This document shows, in pieces, positions 1 to 9,115 of a stretch of 64,000 nucleotides of DNA (position 1 is its first letter; each line of letters starts with the position of its first letter). Where the stretch lies: the NCBI GenBank assembly GCA_963707915.1, contig OY970178.1, positions 2,784,001-2,848,000 on the forward strand, written 5' to 3'. A model generated the notes under the pieces. It was given only the letters and a program-made list of their open reading frames with translations, was not told where the DNA came from and did not search any database. This stretch comes from Candidatus Eiseniibacteriota bacterium (GTDB taxonomy: Bacteria; Eisenbacteria; RBG-16-71-46). The position numbers and the translations under genes were made by a program.

Positions 1-1
1 G

Positions 2-817
2 CAGGGCGTGGTCTTCAAGGGCGGCCACCGGCCGCGCATGCGCGTCTGGCGGACGGCCAATCCCGAGGTCCCGTACGAATGGGGGGTCCTCGACGAGAAC
101 CGTGACGGAGTGCAGCGCTTCACGATGATGAGGATGAACCCGGGCGGGACGGTCTGGGGCATCCAGCAGGACGAGGAGAGCTTCCCCCTGCTGGGCGAGC
201 CGGGGGAGGCGGCCTGGGCGGACCTGAACCGCGACGGCCCCCCCGAGTTCGTGAGCTGGACGACCGGTCCGACCGACTCGCTGTTCACCGAATGCTCGAA
301 CTGCCCGAAGCTCCTGATCGAGCGCACCTTCGTCGAGAGCGGCGACGCCTTCGACCTGCTGGACCAGCGCGTGCTCCCCTCGCCGTACGCGACGCTGGTC
401 TACTTCGTGCGGCTGCTGATCGACGGCAAGCTCGCCGAGGCCGGGAAGCTGCTGCGCGATCCCGCGAAGGTGCAGGCGGCCGTGGCGCAGGGCTGGAACC
501 AGCGCGTCGTCCGCAAGCCCTGGGTCGTGGAGATGGCCGAGACCGGCCAGGCCTGGCCACGCCGGCTGGCGCTGCGCTTCGAGGGCCCGAACGGGGTGAA
601 GCGCTACGCCATGGTCTTCGCGAAGCGCGAGGGCCGCTGGATCATCGACAACTGGTTCGAGCCCCGGGTGATCGAGCGGCGCTTCCCGTCGGTGACCATG
701 CCGCCCGACACGTCCGCCGGGCCGCGGCCCGGGACCCGGTCGCCCGCTTCGCCGGCGAAGCCGCCGGCGGGGAAGCCGCCGGTCCGGCCCGCGGCCCCGG
801 CCGCGAAGACGCGGTGA
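2..817 (+). CDS. Hypothetical protein, 5'-truncated by the window edge; CxxCP motif; paralog of the next gene
   Basis: Frame open from the window start with GC3-biased codons; FTECSNCPK...PYATLVYFVRLL aligns by eye with the next protein; Pro/Ala-rich tail. Confidence 0.75.
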   Translation, partial: QGVVFKGGHRPRMRVWRTANPEVPYEWGVLDENRDGVQRFTMMRMNPGGTVWGIQQDEESFPLLGEPGEAAWADLNRDGPPEFVSWTTGPTDSLFTECSNCPKLLIERTFVESGDAFDLLDQRVLPSPYATLVYFVRLLIDGKLAEAGKLLRDPAKVQAAVAQGWNQRVVRKPWVVEMAETGQAWPRRLALRFEGPNGVKRYAMVFAKREGRWIIDNWFEPRVIERRFPSVTMPPDTSAGPRPGTRSPASPAKPPAGKPPVRPAAPAAKTR

Positions 818-1950
818 GCATGCACGGGCCGCGTCCGATCGCGTCCGCCCGGCGCCTCGCGCCGGCGCTGCTGGCCGTGGCGCTGGTCGGCGCCCTCGGC
901 GCGACCGTGGGGGGCGCGCTCTCGGGCTGCAGCCGGCAGCCGCGCTTCGTGCCGGCCGCGGCGGATTCCTCGCGGACGGCGGGCGCGGACTCGCTGGCCG
1001 AGCAGGTGCGCGTCCTGAACGAACGCTGGAGCGCCGCGGGCAGCGGCGCGGAGGCGTCGCTCCTGACCGCGCAGGTGCTGCTGCGGGACCTGCGCGCTCG
1101 TCAGGCGGCCGATCCGCAGGCCGCCTGGGAGGGCCGCGCCCGCGCGCTGCTGGACTCGCTGGACCTGGGCGCCGAGTTCGCGAGCGCCGGCTGCGCGCTG
1201 GCGGTGAACTTCTTCTCGCGCGGGGATCCCGCCGCCGGCTCGTGGCCGTGGATCTTCTGGTGCGACGGGAACGCGGTGCAGGCCCAGGCGGTCGAGGGCG
1301 CCGGGATGGGGCTGGTCGGGCTCGCCGCGCGCGGCCTCACCGGCGGGTCGGCCGGCGGCGGCGTGCCGCCCGGCGTCGCGGCGCTGTTCGCCCGCCGCGC
1401 GGGCGGCGGGCAGCAACCGCTGCTGCTGGCGTGGCGCGTCGCGGGGGCGCGGCTCGAGCTGGCGCAGACGCTGGGGCCCGACTCGCTCGGCGGCGTCGGC
1501 ACCGGCGCCTTCGCGGCCACGGGCGACACCGCGGTGGTGCTCACCACCCGGACCTGGAAGCCCACGCCGCGCTTCGACGAGTGCGCGACCTGTCCGCACG
1601 TCGTCCACGAGCGCCGCTTTCGCTGGGCGCCCGCGGGCTTCGAGCGCCTCGAGGACACCGTCGTCCAGACGCCCTACGTGGCGTTCGTCCAGCTGGTCGA
1701 GGCGCTGGTTGCCGGCGACCGCGACGGCGCCCTGCTGCGGGTCACGCGGCCGGCCCTGGTCGAGTCCGCCCGCCGGGCGGGCTGGGCCGCCCGGAACGGT
1801 TCCTGGCGCGCGGCGCCCGGGAGCACGGAGGGCGGCGACGAGCTGGTCTTCTACCGCGGCGTGAGCGAGGCCTGGAGGGTGCGCTTCGCGCGCGGCGCCG
1901 ACGGCTGGCGCGTGGACGCGCTCGAGCCCACCACCCGCGTCATCGAGTGA
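814..1950 (+). CDS. Hypothetical lipoprotein with CxxCP motif
   Basis: GTG at 814 overlaps the upstream TGA (alternative ATG at 820); hydrophobic signal ending in lipobox LSGC; FDECATCPH motif. Confidence 0.75.
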   Translation: MSMHGPRPIASARRLAPALLAVALVGALGATVGGALSGCSRQPRFVPAAADSSRTAGADSLAEQVRVLNERWSAAGSGAEASLLTAQVLLRDLRARQAADPQAAWEGRARALLDSLDLGAEFASAGCALAVNFFSRGDPAAGSWPWIFWCDGNAVQAQAVEGAGMGLVGLAARGLTGGSAGGGVPPGVAALFARRAGGGQQPLLLAWRVAGARLELAQTLGPDSLGGVGTGAFAATGDTAVVLTTRTWKPTPRFDECATCPHVVHERRFRWAPAGFERLEDTVVQTPYVAFVQLVEALVAGDRDGALLRVTRPALVESARRAGWAARNGSWRAAPGSTEGGDELVFYRGVSEAWRVRFARGADGWRVDALEPTTRVIE

Positions 1951-1985
1951 CCGCCCGCGGCGTCCCGGGGCCCCTCGCGCACGCG

Positions 1986-2015
1986 TAGACGCGGCTCGCG
2001 TCCGGCGGCTATACT
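1986..2015 (+). promoter_or_regulatory. Putative sigma70 promoter of the helicase operon
   Basis: TAGACG-18 bp-TATACT. Confidence 0.45.
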
Positions 2016-2144
2016 GCCCGCGATCCGCACGATGCACGCCCGCGCCCGGGCGTGAAGCCGTGCGCGCGGATCGCCCCGGCGTCCCCGAGCACGCCCACCG
2101 TCACCGTCCGGACCGCGATGCGCGCGGCCCGCGAGGGCCATCGC

Positions 2145-4586
2145 ATGCGACCGCGTCCTGCCCGTTTCCTCGAGGGGCCGCCCCCCGGCCGTGCCGGTCA
2201 CTGGGCCGGGTGGATCGCGGAACTGGCGAGCCGGCCCGAGAACCGTGGCGCGCTCGCGCACCTCGAGGTCCTGCCGGCGCGTCCCGCGCGCTTCGGCACG
2301 CTGTCCTCGCCGTTGCCCCCGTCGCTGGCCGAGGCGCTGTCCGCGCGCGGCATCGGGCGGCTCTACACCCACCAGGTGCTGGCCGTCGAGGCGCTGCGCG
2401 GCGGGCGCGACACGGTGGTGGTGACCGGGACGGCGAGCGGCAAGAGCCTGTGCTACCACCTGCCGGTGATGGAGCGGCTGCTCGCCGAGCGCGGCGCGAC
2501 CGCGCTCTACCTGTTCCCGACCAAGGCGCTCGCGCAGGACCAGCTCAAGAGCGTGGTGCGGCTCGCCTCGGGCCACCCGGACGTGCTCAAGGCCGTCACC
2601 GCGGGCGTCTACGACGGCGACACGCCGCCCGCGACGCGCCGCCGGCTGCGCGACACCGGCAACCTCATCCTCTCGAACCCCGACATGCTGCACCAGGGCA
2701 TCCTGCCCTACCACGCGAAGTGGGCGCGCTTCCTGCGGGGCCTGCGCTACGTGGTGGTGGACGAGATCCACGCCTACCGCGGCATCTTCGGCTCGCACGT
2801 CGCGAACGTGCTGCGGCGGCTCGATCGCGTGGTGCGTCACGTGGGCGGCGAGTTCCGGGTGGTGATGTGCAGCGCGACCATCCGCAACCCGCAGGAGCTC
2901 GCCGAGGCGCTGACCGGCCGCGCCATGACCGTGGTGGACGACGACGGCGCGCCGCGGGGCGAGAAGCACTTCGTCTTCTGGAACCCGCCCTACACCGACC
3001 TGGCGCACGTCGAGCGGCGCTCCTCGAACGTCGAGGGCGCGGGCTGGCTCGCGAGCCTGGTCGAGGACGGCGCGCAGGCGCTGGTCTTCACCAAGTCGCG
3101 CGTCTCGGCGGAGCTGGTCTACCGCTACGCCCGCGAGCGGCTCGAGCGCGTGCGGCCCGGGCTGGGCGACGCGATCCAGCCCTACCGCGGCGGCTACCTG
3201 CCGGAGGAGCGGCGCCGGATCGAGCAGGCGCTGTTCTCGGGCGCGCTGCGCGGCGTGGTCAGCACGAACGCGCTGGAGCTGGGCATCGACATCGGCGGGC
3301 TCGACGCGGCGGTGATGATCGGCGCCCCGCCGACCCTGGCGAGCCTGTGGCAGCAGGCGGGGCGCGCCGGGCGGCGCGCCGGGCGGCGCGCGGGCGCGGC
3401 GGCCGCGGGGGCGGCGGACGGGGTGGTGGGGGGCGGCGCGGAGGGCGCGCCCGCGCTGGCCGTGCTGGTGGCCTACAACGAGACCGTGGACCAGTACCTG
3501 ATGCGGCACCCGGAGTACTTCTTCGGCCGCTCGCCCGAGGCCGCGGTGGTGGACCCGCACAATCCCTACATCCTGGCGCAGCAGCTCGCCTGCGCGGCCT
3601 ACGAGCTGCCGCTGACGCCCGGCGACGAGGCGGCGTTCGGGCCGCAGACCCCGGCGATCCTCGCGGCGCTCGAGGAGGCGGGGGAGACGCGCACCATCGA
3701 CGGCCACACCTACTGGGCGAAGACCGATTTCCCGGCCGCGACGGTCGGCCTGCGCACGATCTCGGACAACACCTACACGATCATGGACGCGACCCGCGAC
3801 AACGCGGTGATCGGCACGGTGGACGCGATCAGCGCGCTGGAGCTGGTCTACCCCGAGGCGGTCTACCTGCACGAGGGCGAGACCTGGTTCGTGAAGCGGC
3901 TGGACCTGGAGCAGAAGATGGCGCTGGTCGAGCCGCGCGTGGTGGACTACTACACGCAGCCGGTGCTCGACACGAGCATCCGCGTGCGCGGCGAGCTGCA
4001 GGTGAAGCCCTGGCGCGGCGAGCGCGTCGCGCTGGGCGAGCTGACCTATTCGTGGCAGACGGTGGCCATGAAGAAGGTCCAGTTCCACACGCTCGACGCC
4101 ATCGGCTACCATCCGCTCGACCTGCCGCGCCTCACCCTCGAGACCACGGGCTTCTGGCTCGCGCCCGGCGAGGCGGCCTGGAGCGCGGTCGCGCGCCGGG
4201 GCCTGAACCCGGTCGAGGGGTTGATGGGCGTGCGCAACCTGTTCATCACGCTGCTCGCGATGCTCGGCATGTGCGACCCGGCCGACCTGGGGGGCAAGAT
4301 CGACTCGTCGAACCTCGGCCGCCCGGCGCTGTTCATGTTCGACCGCTACCCCGGCGGCCTGGGCTTCTGCGAGCAGGGCTGGACGCGCCTCGACGAACTG
4401 GCGCAGGCCGCGCTCGAGCACCTCGAGGCCTGCGGGTGCGAGGGCGGCTGTCCGGCGTGCGTCGGCCTGCCGACGCTGTGGCCCGCGCAGCAGCAGGACC
4501 CGGACCTGCAAGGCGGCCGGGAGATCCCGGGCAAGGAGGCGGCGCGCGCGCTGCTCCGTCACTGGCGAGGAGAAGAGGACCGATGA
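2145..4586 (+). CDS. DEAD/DEAH-box helicase with C-terminal DUF1998 (MrfA/YprA/SftH-like)
   Basis: TGTASGKS, PTKALAQDQ, DEIH, SATI, TNALELGIDIG, QQAGRAGR, C-terminal CGCEGGCPAC; start uncertain (2052, 2118 or 2145). Confidence 0.93.
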   Translation: MRPRPARFLEGPPPGRAGHWAGWIAELASRPENRGALAHLEVLPARPARFGTLSSPLPPSLAEALSARGIGRLYTHQVLAVEALRGGRDTVVVTGTASGKSLCYHLPVMERLLAERGATALYLFPTKALAQDQLKSVVRLASGHPDVLKAVTAGVYDGDTPPATRRRLRDTGNLILSNPDMLHQGILPYHAKWARFLRGLRYVVVDEIHAYRGIFGSHVANVLRRLDRVVRHVGGEFRVVMCSATIRNPQELAEALTGRAMTVVDDDGAPRGEKHFVFWNPPYTDLAHVERRSSNVEGAGWLASLVEDGAQALVFTKSRVSAELVYRYARERLERVRPGLGDAIQPYRGGYLPEERRRIEQALFSGALRGVVSTNALELGIDIGGLDAAVMIGAPPTLASLWQQAGRAGRRAGRRAGAAAAGAADGVVGGGAEGAPALAVLVAYNETVDQYLMRHPEYFFGRSPEAAVVDPHNPYILAQQLACAAYELPLTPGDEAAFGPQTPAILAALEEAGETRTIDGHTYWAKTDFPAATVGLRTISDNTYTIMDATRDNAVIGTVDAISALELVYPEAVYLHEGETWFVKRLDLEQKMALVEPRVVDYYTQPVLDTSIRVRGELQVKPWRGERVALGELTYSWQTVAMKKVQFHTLDAIGYHPLDLPRLTLETTGFWLAPGEAAWSAVARRGLNPVEGLMGVRNLFITLLAMLGMCDPADLGGKIDSSNLGRPALFMFDRYPGGLGFCEQGWTRLDELAQAALEHLEACGCEGGCPACVGLPTLWPAQQQDPDLQGGREIPGKEAARALLRHWRGEEDR

Positions 4587-5353
4587 ACTCCCACGAATGG
4601 CCGGTCGCGTTCTTCGACGACGACTACCTGCGCATCTACCGCGCGATGATCTCGCCCGAGATGACCGCGGGCGAAGTGGACTTCCTCGAGGCGGCGCTGG
4701 CGCCGCCGGCGGGCGGCGCGGTGCTGGACGTGGCCTGCGGCTACGGGCGGCACGCCATCGGGCTGGCCCGGCGCGGCTACCGGGTGACGGGCGTGGACTT
4801 CAACCTGAACTACCTGGCGGCGGCCGGGCGCGACGCGGACGAGGCGGGGGCCGGGGCCGCCGCGCGCTGGGTGATGGCCGACATGCGCGCGCTGCCTTTC
4901 GAGAGCGAATTCGACGGGGCCTACTCGTACTTCACCTCGTTCGGTTACTTCTCGGACGAGGAGAACGAGCGGGTGCTGGCGGGCGTGGCGCGCGCGCTTC
5001 GGCCGGGCGGGCGATTCCTGCTCGACGTGCTGAACCGCGACTGGATCCTGACGCACCCGCAGCAGCGGGTCTGGAACCCGCTCGAGGACGGCTCGCTGCT
5101 GATGGAGGAGACCTCGCTGGAGCTGCGGCGCTCGCAGGTGGTCAACCGCCAGATTCACGTCGCGCCGCAGAGCGGGGCGCGGATCACCAAGGAGTTCATG
5201 CTGCGCGCGTACACCTGCGCGGAGCTGGAGTCGCTGTGCGCGCGTCACGGGCTGCGGGTGCGCGAGGTCTGGGGCGGGGCCGACCGCAGCGAGTACACGA
5301 CGGAGAGCCGCCGGCTGATCCTGCTGGCCGAGCGCGGGGAGCGCGATGGCTGA
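4583..5353 (+). CDS. Class I SAM-dependent methyltransferase
   Basis: ATGA overlap with the helicase stop; VLDVACGYGRH, GVDFN, ADMRALP, FTSFGYF, LRPGGRFLLD. Confidence 0.92.
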   Translation: MNSHEWPVAFFDDDYLRIYRAMISPEMTAGEVDFLEAALAPPAGGAVLDVACGYGRHAIGLARRGYRVTGVDFNLNYLAAAGRDADEAGAGAAARWVMADMRALPFESEFDGAYSYFTSFGYFSDEENERVLAGVARALRPGGRFLLDVLNRDWILTHPQQRVWNPLEDGSLLMEETSLELRRSQVVNRQIHVAPQSGARITKEFMLRAYTCAELESLCARHGLRVREVWGGADRSEYTTESRRLILLAERGERDG

Positions 5354-6446
5354 GCCGGGGCCGCTGCGCGCCCGGCTCGGCGAGCTGGCGCGCGCGCGGA
5401 AGGCGCGGATGGGGGTGGCAGGCGCGCCCGACATCGCGCCGGGCGCGCCCGACGTCCCGCCGGACGCTCTGGTGGAGGCGGCGGGGCTTGCACGGACCGG
5501 AGGTCGGCTAAGTACGGACACGCTCGACCTCCGGCCCGTGTCTGCGCCCCGCCGCGAAGCAGATCCAGCGGATGCCCGGCCCGTGTCTGCGCCCCGCCGC
5601 GAGGCAGATCCAGCGGATGCCCGGCCCGCGTCTGCGCCCCGCCGCGGGGCACGATCAAAGGGCGCCCCGGTCCCACCCGGCTTCTCGGCTCCTGCGGCCG
5701 GCGTCGAGGAGTTCCTGCCGGGCGGGGAGTGGCACGACAGCCCGGACTTCGACGGGCGGCCGGGCGCGGTGTACGTGCACGAGCGGCTGCGCTCCGAGAT
5801 CGAGAAGCCCAAGCCGCACTGGGGCCGCATCGATCCGCCGCCGCCGCACGAGCCGGCGCTGGTCGCGCTGGCGGCGCACGGTCTCGAGCACGCGCTGTTC
5901 CTCGACCTCGAGACCTGCGGGCTCTCCTCGAGCACCGTGTTCCTCGCCGGGACCATGCACTGGAACGGCGAGGACTTCGTGCTGCGCCAGTACTTCGCCC
6001 GGCACTACGGCGAGGAGGGACCGCTGCTGCGCGCGCTGAACGAGTCCATGGCGGGCTTCGAGCACCTGGTGACGTTCAACGGCAAGACGTTCGACGTGCC
6101 CTTCCTGCAGGGGCGCGCCGTGGTGCACGGCGTGCGGCTCGCGCTCCCGCCGCGCCACCTCGACCTGCTGCACGCCGCGCGCCGGCGCTGGCGGGGCGAG
6201 TTCGCCGACTGCCGGCTGAAGACCCTCGAGAGCCGGGTCTGCCGGCGGCACCGCGTGGGTGACGTGCCGGGCGAGGAGATCCCGGGCCTCTACCACGACT
6301 ACGTGAAGCACGGTGACCCGTACCGGCTCGTGCCGGTGTTCCACCACAACCTGCTCGACGTCGTCACCATGAGCGACATCCTGCGGGCCCTGTGCCGTCC
6401 CGCGCGGCCGGTGACGGCGCGGGCGCGACCCCGGCTCGCGCCCTGA
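5346..6446 (+). CDS. RNase H-like DEDD exonuclease (YprB/MrfB-like) with a disordered N-terminus
   Basis: FLDLETCG, TFNGKTFDVP, HLDLLH, LKTLE, HHNLLDV; overlaps the methyltransferase stop. Confidence 0.88.
   Translation: MAEPGPLRARLGELARARKARMGVAGAPDIAPGAPDVPPDALVEAAGLARTGGRLSTDTLDLRPVSAPRREADPADARPVSAPRREADPADARPASAPRRGARSKGAPVPPGFSAPAAGVEEFLPGGEWHDSPDFDGRPGAVYVHERLRSEIEKPKPHWGRIDPPPPHEPALVALAAHGLEHALFLDLETCGLSSSTVFLAGTMHWNGEDFVLRQYFARHYGEEGPLLRALNESMAGFEHLVTFNGKTFDVPFLQGRAVVHGVRLALPPRHLDLLHAARRRWRGEFADCRLKTLESRVCRRHRVGDVPGEEIPGLYHDYVKHGDPYRLVPVFHHNLLDVVTMSDILRALCRPARPVTARARPRLAP
5531..5646 (+). repeat. 45-bp in-frame tandem repeat, about 2.6 copies
   Basis: ccggcccgtgtctgcgccccgccgcga(a/g)gcagatccagcggatgc at 5531 and 5576, partial third copy at 5621; encodes RPVSAPRREADPADA. 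Confidence 0.9.
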
Positions 6447-6465
6447 GGGTGCCCGGGCCGGGCCG

Positions 6466-6495
6466 TTGACACCCCGCTTTTTCGCCACCTATACT
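6466..6495 (+). promoter_or_regulatory. sigma70 promoter
   Basis: TTGACA (6466-6471)-18 bp-TATACT (6490-6495). Confidence 0.75.
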
Positions 6496-6687
6496 TTCCT
6501 CCGCAGTTCCCGAGTGGGCCGACCAGTCGAGCGTGGTTCGTCCGTGAATCTTCGGTTCCAGGTGGGTAGCGAGTCCTTGTCGCGGGTGGTCGGTTTCGCC
6601 CAGTCCATCGCCCTGGCGGGCGTCTGCCTGCCGGGGCATCCGTGTCTTTGGTAGCGTCCCGCTCCTTCGGAGGCTCCGCTCCGCGCC

Positions 6688-7332
6688 ATGACGAACGGCG
6701 AAGATCGATCGATCCACTGTGTGGACTGCGGCCAGCAGTTCCTCTTCACGGCCGGTGAGCAGGAGTTCTACGCCTCCAAGGGACTGACGAATGCACCCAC
6801 CCGCTGCAAGGCGTGCCGCGAGGTGCGCAAGCAGCAGCGCGCGGAATCGCCGCGCGCCTCCCGGGGAGGGGGTGTGCCGGCGCGGGGCGCGGCCCCGCGC
6901 GAGATGCACGCCGTGGTCTGCGCGGACTGCGGGGCCGAGACCCGGGTGCCCTTCCTGCCGGTGGCGAGCCGGCCGGTCTACTGCAAGGACTGCTACGAGT
7001 CGCACCGGCCCGACCGCGCCCCGGGCGATGGCCCGCCGCGCGGCCGGCGCGCGGGCCCGCCGGCGGGCCCGCCCCACGGCGACCGCGCGGGACGTCCGGG
7101 CGCCCCGGCGCGGGTGGAGGGCGGCCAGCACGCCCGGGGCCAGGTGAAGTCGTTCCGCGAGGCCAAGGGGTTCGGCTTCATCCGCGAGGACTCGGGCGAG
7201 GAGGTGTTCGTCCATTTCTCCGCCATCCTGGGCGAGGGCTTCAAGAGCCTGCGGGAGGGCGAGCGGGTCGAGTTCGACATCGTCATGGGGCCGAAGGGGA
7301 AACAGGCCGCGAACGTCGTGCGCATCGATTGA
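6688..7332 (+). CDS. Zinc ribbon + CxxC-x17-CxxC zinc finger + cold-shock domain fusion protein
   Basis: [18 protein letters not shown]...[13 protein letters not shown]...PF.P...RPVYCKDC; C-terminal GQVKSF...KGFGFI...EVFVHFSAI...[13 protein letters not shown]...[10 protein letters not shown]. Confidence 0.92.
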   Translation: MTNGEDRSIHCVDCGQQFLFTAGEQEFYASKGLTNAPTRCKACREVRKQQRAESPRASRGGGVPARGAAPREMHAVVCADCGAETRVPFLPVASRPVYCKDCYESHRPDRAPGDGPPRGRRAGPPAGPPHGDRAGRPGAPARVEGGQHARGQVKSFREAKGFGFIREDSGEEVFVHFSAILGEGFKSLREGERVEFDIVMGPKGKQAANVVRID

Positions 7333-7480
7333 GCCACGGACCGCCGGCGCTGGCGGCCGGCGGGCGGTGGTCGGGGTGACGGCTTCACGAACAGGCCGGG
7401 CCGGGCCCGGCGGGACTGAACGGGATGGCCTCTGCGCCCGGAGCGCGGGGGCCTTCCGTCAAGCGGCGGGACAGGATCGC

Positions 7481-9115
7481 ATGCTCGAGACCGTCAGGAC
7501 GTTCACCGCGCTGAGCGAGGAGTTCGTGGAGGAGAGCCTGCGCCTGTGGCCGGTCGAGGCCACGGCGGCGGGGATCCACGACTACGACCACCTGCTGCCG
7601 GACGACACGCCGGACGGGTTCCGCGCGCGCGGCGCGTGGCTGCGCGACCTCGAACAGCGGCTCGCGGCCTCGGTGACGTGGGAGGAACTGCCCACCGAGC
7701 TGCGCGTGGACTACGCCCTGCTGCGCTCGCGCATCAGCGTGATGCGCGCCGAGCTCGAGGAGATCCGCACCCACGCCCGCGACCCCGTCGCCTGCCTGCG
7801 CACCGCCCTCGACGGGGTGGCGCTGCTGGTGGTGCGCCCCTTCGCGCCGCTCGAGGAACGCCGCGAGGCGATCATCGGGCGCCTGATGGCGATCCCGGAC
7901 TACCTCGCCGCCGCGGGCGCGGGGCTCGAGCAGGTGCCCGAGGCCTGGATCGAGCTCGCCCTGGAGGTCGCCGACGGCGGCCCGACGTTCGTGAACGAGG
8001 TCGCCCACGGCCTGCTGCACGCCTTCCCGAACGACGCGGAGCGCATCGAGCACGCCGGGGTGCGCGCCAACGCCGGCCTCGTCGCCTTCCGCGAAGCGCT
8101 CGAGCGCGACCTCGGGCCGCGCTCGGGCGGGGACTTCGCCCTGGGCGAACGCTGGCTGGACTTCCGGATCGAGCGCGAGCACCTGCTGCCGCTGAAGAAC
8201 GGGGCGCTCGAGCAGCTCGGGCGCGAACACGTCGCGCGGCTGCGGCGGCTGCTCGATCAGGAGGCGCGGCGTCTCGACCCGCACCGTTCCTGGAGCGAGC
8301 AGGTCGCGCAGGCCGGCTGGCCGGCGGAGCCCCGGGCGCAGCGCGCGGCACTCGAAGCCGAGATGGAGCGCGCGCGGCGCCTGGTCGCGGACCGCCCGTT
8401 CGCGCCCCTGCCCGCGGCCCCGCTGACGGTGGCGGAGGCGATGGCCTGGCAGCGCCCGCTCCACGCCGGGATCGACTACCTGCCCCCCGCGCCCTTCGAC
8501 CTCGAGCCCGCGGGCATCCTGCTGGTGGCCACGGCGGAGGGCCCGCGACGGTCCCCGCCGCACGCGGGCCCGCCGTCGCGCACGGGCCCGGCGGTGGTCG
8601 CTGCGCGCGAGGCGTGGCCGGGGCGGCACCTGCAGGCGGGGCTCGCGATCCACTGCGGCTCGCGCCTTCGCCGGCTCGCGCGGAACAGCGTGTTCGCCGG
8701 GGGCTGGGCGCTCTACGCCGAGGAGGCGATGGCGGAGGAGGGCTTCTTCACCGCGCCCGGCGACCGGCTCGGGCTCATCCTCGACCTGATCGCGGGCGCC
8801 GCGCGCGCGGTCGTGGACGTCGGTCTGCACGGCGGACGGATGAGCGTCGCCGCGGCGGCCGGCTACCTCGCCGACGAGGCGCTGTTCGGGCGCGCGGAGG
8901 CGCTCGCCGAGGCGAAGCGCCTGACCCTCGCGCCCGCGCAGGCCCTGGGCGGCCTGGTGGGCCGGCTGCAGATCCTCGAGTTGCGCGAGGAGGCCAAACG
9001 GCGCATGGGCGCGCGGTACGATCGGCTCGACTTCCACGCGGCACTGCTCGCGGGCGGCACGCTGCCGCCCGCGCTGATCGGAGAGGAACTGTGGGAACGG
9101 CTGGGAGTGGACTGA
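7481..9115 (+). CDS. DUF885-family protein with degenerate metal-site motifs
   Basis: PVEATAAGIHDYD, EAWPGRHLQ, GWALYAEE, RAVVDVGLH, FHAALLAGGTLP. Confidence 0.8.
   Translation: MLETVRTFTALSEEFVEESLRLWPVEATAAGIHDYDHLLPDDTPDGFRARGAWLRDLEQRLAASVTWEELPTELRVDYALLRSRISVMRAELEEIRTHARDPVACLRTALDGVALLVVRPFAPLEERREAIIGRLMAIPDYLAAAGAGLEQVPEAWIELALEVADGGPTFVNEVAHGLLHAFPNDAERIEHAGVRANAGLVAFREALERDLGPRSGGDFALGERWLDFRIEREHLLPLKNGALEQLGREHVARLRRLLDQEARRLDPHRSWSEQVAQAGWPAEPRAQRAALEAEMERARRLVADRPFAPLPAAPLTVAEAMAWQRPLHAGIDYLPPAPFDLEPAGILLVATAEGPRRSPPHAGPPSRTGPAVVAAREAWPGRHLQAGLAIHCGSRLRRLARNSVFAGGWALYAEEAMAEEGFFTAPGDRLGLILDLIAGAARAVVDVGLHGGRMSVAAAAGYLADEALFGRAEALAEAKRLTLAPAQALGGLVGRLQILELREEAKRRMGARYDRLDFHAALLAGGTLPPALIGEELWERLGVD

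Noticed and set aside
1575..1602. c-type heme motif
   Set aside because: Sequence is CATCPH (CxxCxH), not CxxCH, and the paralog has CSNCPK
5531..5646. Possible CRISPR array
   Set aside because: Contiguous repeats without spacers, in frame within a CDS, and no cas genes
2145..6446. DISARM or Druantia defence locus
   Set aside because: No DNA-methyltransferase catalytic motif and no SNF2, PLD or other partner genes; full helicase+DUF1998 with a YprB-like exonuclease fits MrfAB better
6496..6687. 6S RNA or a known riboswitch
   Set aside because: Could not match conserved motifs of 6S, cobalamin, c-di-AMP or glutamine riboswitches by eye; kept only as an unassigned leader
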